From the NCBI RefSeq assembly GCF_006345805.1, contig NC_043019.1:11655360-11719359 (forward strand): a DNA stretch of 64,000 nucleotides. Direction: 5' to 3'. The notes beneath the pieces were generated by a model. That model was not told the DNA's origin and did no database searches. It saw nothing but the letters and a program-made list of their open reading frames with translations. How positions within the stretch are numbered: position 1 is the stretch's first letter; each line of letters opens with the position of its first letter. The position numbers and the translations under genes are program-made. This DNA is from Octopus sinensis. Its lineage: Eukaryota. Positions 60,051 to 64,000 of the stretch are shown one piece after another.

Positions 60051-62253
60051 CATATATACTATATATAATATATATATATATATATAATATATATATATAT
60101 TGAGCTTCTTTCTGTTTCTATGAAATTCACTCAGCTCGAGGCTATAGTAGAAGACACTTGTCCAGGGGCCATGCAGTGGAACTGAACCTGGAACCATGTG
60201 GTTAAGAAGCAAGCTTTTTACCATGTAGCCATACCTTTTTACCACATAGTCACACCTACATGTATGTGTGTATGTATGTATGTATGATTTTATGTGTGTG
60301 TGTGTGTGAATGGATGCTTATGTGCAAATGTGAATGAGTGTGTATATGTGTGCATGTGTTTGTGTATTTGTGCGCTTGCATCCACTTGTAGTTCCTTAGA
60401 TTTAACCTTCCACCCGTCTTAGTCTCCTGCCACTGCATACGATGCCACGAACGCAGCAAGAACCAATTGGATGACGCTATGTATTGGAAGCAAAAGATTT
60501 TTGAATATCCGCAACTGTAAAAAGAAAGAAGAAAAATATGAAAATAAACAGCATAAAAATTAGATAAAAAAAAAGATAATAATGGGGCTTATTTAATGCA
60601 TATGTGCAGTTACTGCTATATATTTAACAATTTCAGAATATCCATAAAAGTAGTTACAGTTGAGAATGTAACCACCATCTATAAAATTATTTTTAGTTAA
60701 ATTCACTTCTCACTTAATAATCGAACATTTGGAACCAATTGAATTGTTACAGCTGAAGTAGTCCTGTTTCTGAAGGAATGAGTATGTAGGTAATACCTAT
60801 TCTTTAGACTGGCAGTGTACATGCTGTAAGTCAGCTGGATCAGAGCTGACTTGAACTTATGCAATAAACAAGGAAAACAACAACAAAATCAACAATTAAA
60901 TTATGGAACAGGTGATGAAAAATATTTGGCTCATTAATGTAACTGACCTTGTCGATGCTCTTATCTCTGCATTTGCGATTATTGTTTAAATAATCTGTGG
61001 GGAGAATTTAAAAGAGAAAAAATAAGAAAGAATTGAAAATGGAGCAAGAAAACTTACAAACAAAAGAAAAAATGTATTGCTCAAGTTGAGATAACTACCA
61101 CAGCATCACCACTACAACCACTCCTATGACCACACTGCTACCCCCTCTACTATTACCAATACCACTATTATTTCTACTGCTACAACAACAACTATTACTA
61201 TTGCTACTAATCCTCTTTCTCCTTCCCTCTTCCTCATCCACTACCTCCTCCTTTCTTGTTTCTTTTCCTCTTCCTCCTTTCTTTCACTTCCTCCTCTTCC
61301 TCCTCCTTTTTCTTCCTCCTTTCCTCCTTTTCTCCCCATGTCTTCTTCCTTCCCCTTCTCCCTCTTCTCTTCTCTCCTCTCATGGCTTCAGCAGACAAAA
61401 TGGAAAAGCTGCTGTCTCAGAGGATGGTGAGGGAGATGCAGTGAACCAGCCACTCTGACTCGTGAAGCTTGCACTTATGGACAGCAATCCCCACAGTTTG
61501 CTTTTCACAGCCTGATGAGCAGTGGTACTTGGGTTGGTAGCTGAACACACCAAGTTGTCATGGAAAAGGTGTCACGGCATGTGACATCTCAGATGAAGAG
61601 TCCACTGCTACAGAACAAGAAAATTGTTAAACTGTCTAATCTTTAAAAGTTAATAATTTTCCATTATTATTATATTTTATTCAAAAACTTTAATTTTCAT
61701 AACTAGCAGACAAAAACTTCATCTGTGTGGAAATTCTCACTATGACCAAGTTCTGTGAATCAGACACAAAAGATAACCTTTTGTTCATAGGCCTGCTGCT
61801 TCAGTAGATCTACCTTGGGATTAAACAACAACAACAACATCATCATCATCATCATCATCATCAATCATCATCATCATCAACAACAACAACAACAACAACA
61901 GCAACATGTGAATTACTTACACTTGTCAATGATGAATAGCATTATGTTTAATAAAACCATGTAAACCACATAAAAGATCATAAGCCCGTAGATCAGGTCT
62001 GTATAACTATTCAGTATATAGGCACCGGTGCAGATGGAGGCAACTGAAATAAATGAATGAATAAATAAATTAAATAAGTAATTAAGGTGCAGGGATGGTT
62101 GTGTGGTGAAAAGCTTGCTTCCCAACTACATGGTTCCAGGTTCAATTCCCCAGTGTGTACCACCTTGGGAAAAAAGTCTTCTACCAGCCTAGGGCTAACC
62201 AAAGGCTTGAGCATGGACTTGGTAGATAGAAACTGAAAGACTGGAAGATGCCT

Positions 62254-62295
<42 letters not shown>

Positions 62296-62449
62296 GTGTG
62301 TGTGTGTGTATGTGTGTGTGTGTGTGTGTGGTGTGTGGAAAGAGCACGTGTGTGTGAAGCTGAAAATGGCTGCCATTTAAGCGATGTCATTTTTCATATG
62401 TGATGTAGTGGTGTTGCAAAATTTGACTTGTGCATATTAATTTCCATTA

Positions 62450-62770
62450 TGGCCCAATGGTTAGGGCAGTGGACTCGCAGTCGGAGGATCGCGGTTTCGA
62501 TTCCCAGACCGGGTGTTAAGTGTGTTTATTGAGCGAAAACACCTAAAGCTCCATGAGGCTCGGCAGGGTGTGGTGGCGACCCTGTTTGTACTCTTTCGCT
62601 CTCCAACTTCTCTCACTCTTTCTTCTTCTGTTTGTCCCCGGATCCTTCCTATGCAACCGCTGAGCCTGGATGCGCATTCATCCATCCGTCGATGCTCTCA
62701 GTGTCGAGGGTTGACCTGCTTTCTCTTCTGCAGGTCTTACGAATAGCAAAGGACCACGTTTCGGACTTCT
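62450..62770 (+). mobile_element. tRNA-derived SINE, family B
   Basis: Matches 30413-30600. Confidence 0.7.
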
Positions 62771-63224
62771 CCCACTACATTTTGTATCAAAATTCCATGC
62801 ATTTATTTGTAAAGTTAAGGAAGTTATTCAAAATTGAAACCCATCAATGACTTTTGGAACACCCTGTACATACATAATTAGATTAATGTGAACATGCAGA
62901 TGTGCTTTATGTGGACATAGCTTGGATTGTAACACCTTATGTTCATGTATATATTAATTTAAGATAAATGTTCCTTCTCGAGCCATGCCAGGCTCATAAG
63001 GGCCGGTTTCCCGGTTTCAGTGGCTTGGAAATTCCTCACTTGGATGGGACGCCAGTCCGTCATAGAATTACTCATTTTTGCTAGCTGAGTGGACTGGAGC
63101 GAGAAATGAAGTGTTTTGCTCAAGAACATAATGCATCGCCCGGTCCAGGAATCGAAACCACAACCTTATGATCATGACTTCAACACCCTAACCACTAAGC
63201 CACGTGCCTCCACTTCATGTATAT

Positions 63225-63410
63225 ATGAGGGGGTGCTGTGAAGTTCCAGGCTTTAAGGGTACCATGAAAGGTCTGGTTGGAGGCCCAACCTTTCAAGTTC
63301 CTTTACAGCGCTTAAGAAAAACTGAAGGACCACTGCTATAAGTGTGTGAATCTGAGAGGGGAATGTGTTGAATGAAATCATAATTAACTGATCCTCCTGA
63401 ATTTTCTTTT
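63225..63410 (+). mobile_element. Mariner-like non-autonomous relic
   Basis: Same family as 2888-3040; KLKD...KCVNLRGE.VE* tail. Confidence 0.55.
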
Positions 63411-63480
63411 ACCCAAAGCTAGGGAATGTTTCAGCACTCCCATCTATATGTGCGTATTTATGTATGAATTTTTAATGTAA

Positions 63481-63970
63481 TCATCATCATCATCATCGTT
63501 TAACGTCCGTTTTCCGCGCTAGCACGGGTTGGACGGTTTCGACCGGGGTCTGGGGAGCCAGGGGCTGCCCCAGGCTCCAGTCTGGTCTGGCAGTGTTTCT
63601 ACAGCTGGATGCCCTTCCTAACGCCAACCACTCCGCGAGTGTAGTGGGTGCTTTTTACGTGCCACCTGCACAGGTGCCAGAGGGGTCTGGCATCGGCCAC
63701 GGTCAGTTGGTGCTTTTTATGTGCCACCTGCACAGAAGCCAGTCGGGGCGGTGCTGGCATCGACCACGTTCGGATGGTGCTTTTTATGTGGGGGGAGGGT
63801 GCAGAAATATAGGGGAGCACCAGTGGGGAGGGGTGTTCAGAGAAACGATGACAGGTTCTAGACAAGTAGAACGTAGGATATCACGAGAGGGGTAATGCAT
63901 GGTGAAATAGCGTATTGAAGAGGGGGGTTCGAAGAGTAGACACCTATAATGGTGGTGGGAGAAGCGACAT
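63481..63970 (-). mobile_element. SINE family C with a ~180-bp unique head (inverted twin of 35239-35665)
   Basis: Head differs from the 35-kb copy at one base, by manual comparison. Confidence 0.75.
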
Positions 63971-64000
63971 GCATATATATATGTAAAGACATAACATACA

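Noticed and set aside
61500-61570. CTGATGA-GC...GC-TGAAC...TGTC hammerhead-like string
   Set aside because: Missing an A of GAAA and stem I is out of register; could be chance.

Overview
AT-rich, repeat-dense eukaryotic genomic DNA. The SINE families and microsatellite style suggest an octopus (inference, not checked). Three protein-coding units lie on the minus strand. (1) A spliced tubulin polyglutamylase TTLL7-like gene: 10 well-supported coding exons at 43.9-25.4 kb plus a candidate short terminal exon at 24.4 kb, about 534 aa in total. (2) A complete intronless CFAP57/WDR65-like ORF of 1122 aa at 17711-21079. (3) A second, diverged intronless CFAP57-like ORF starting at 1919 and running off the left edge; it is missing from the supplied ORF track. 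Between the two CFAP57 copies are a truncated Ty3/Gypsy element (LTR, tRNA-Asp-like PBS, gag, -1 frameshift signal, PR, partial RT) and an ~8.6 kb array of a 76-bp CpG-rich satellite with higher-order structure. The rest is SINEs, Helitron-type non-autonomous elements, relics of CRE, R4/Dong, Tx1/L1 and CR1 LINEs, a Penelope-like RT/GIY-YIG fragment, mariner relics, a 34-bp minisatellite, several foldback palindromes and a 100-N gap. The most notable unannotated signals are minimal hammerhead-ribozyme-like motifs with non-canonical cores: a same-strand pair in a TTLL7 intron, and one inside a near-perfect 158-bp palindrome. All translations, pairings and identity estimates were done by eye; no searches were run.
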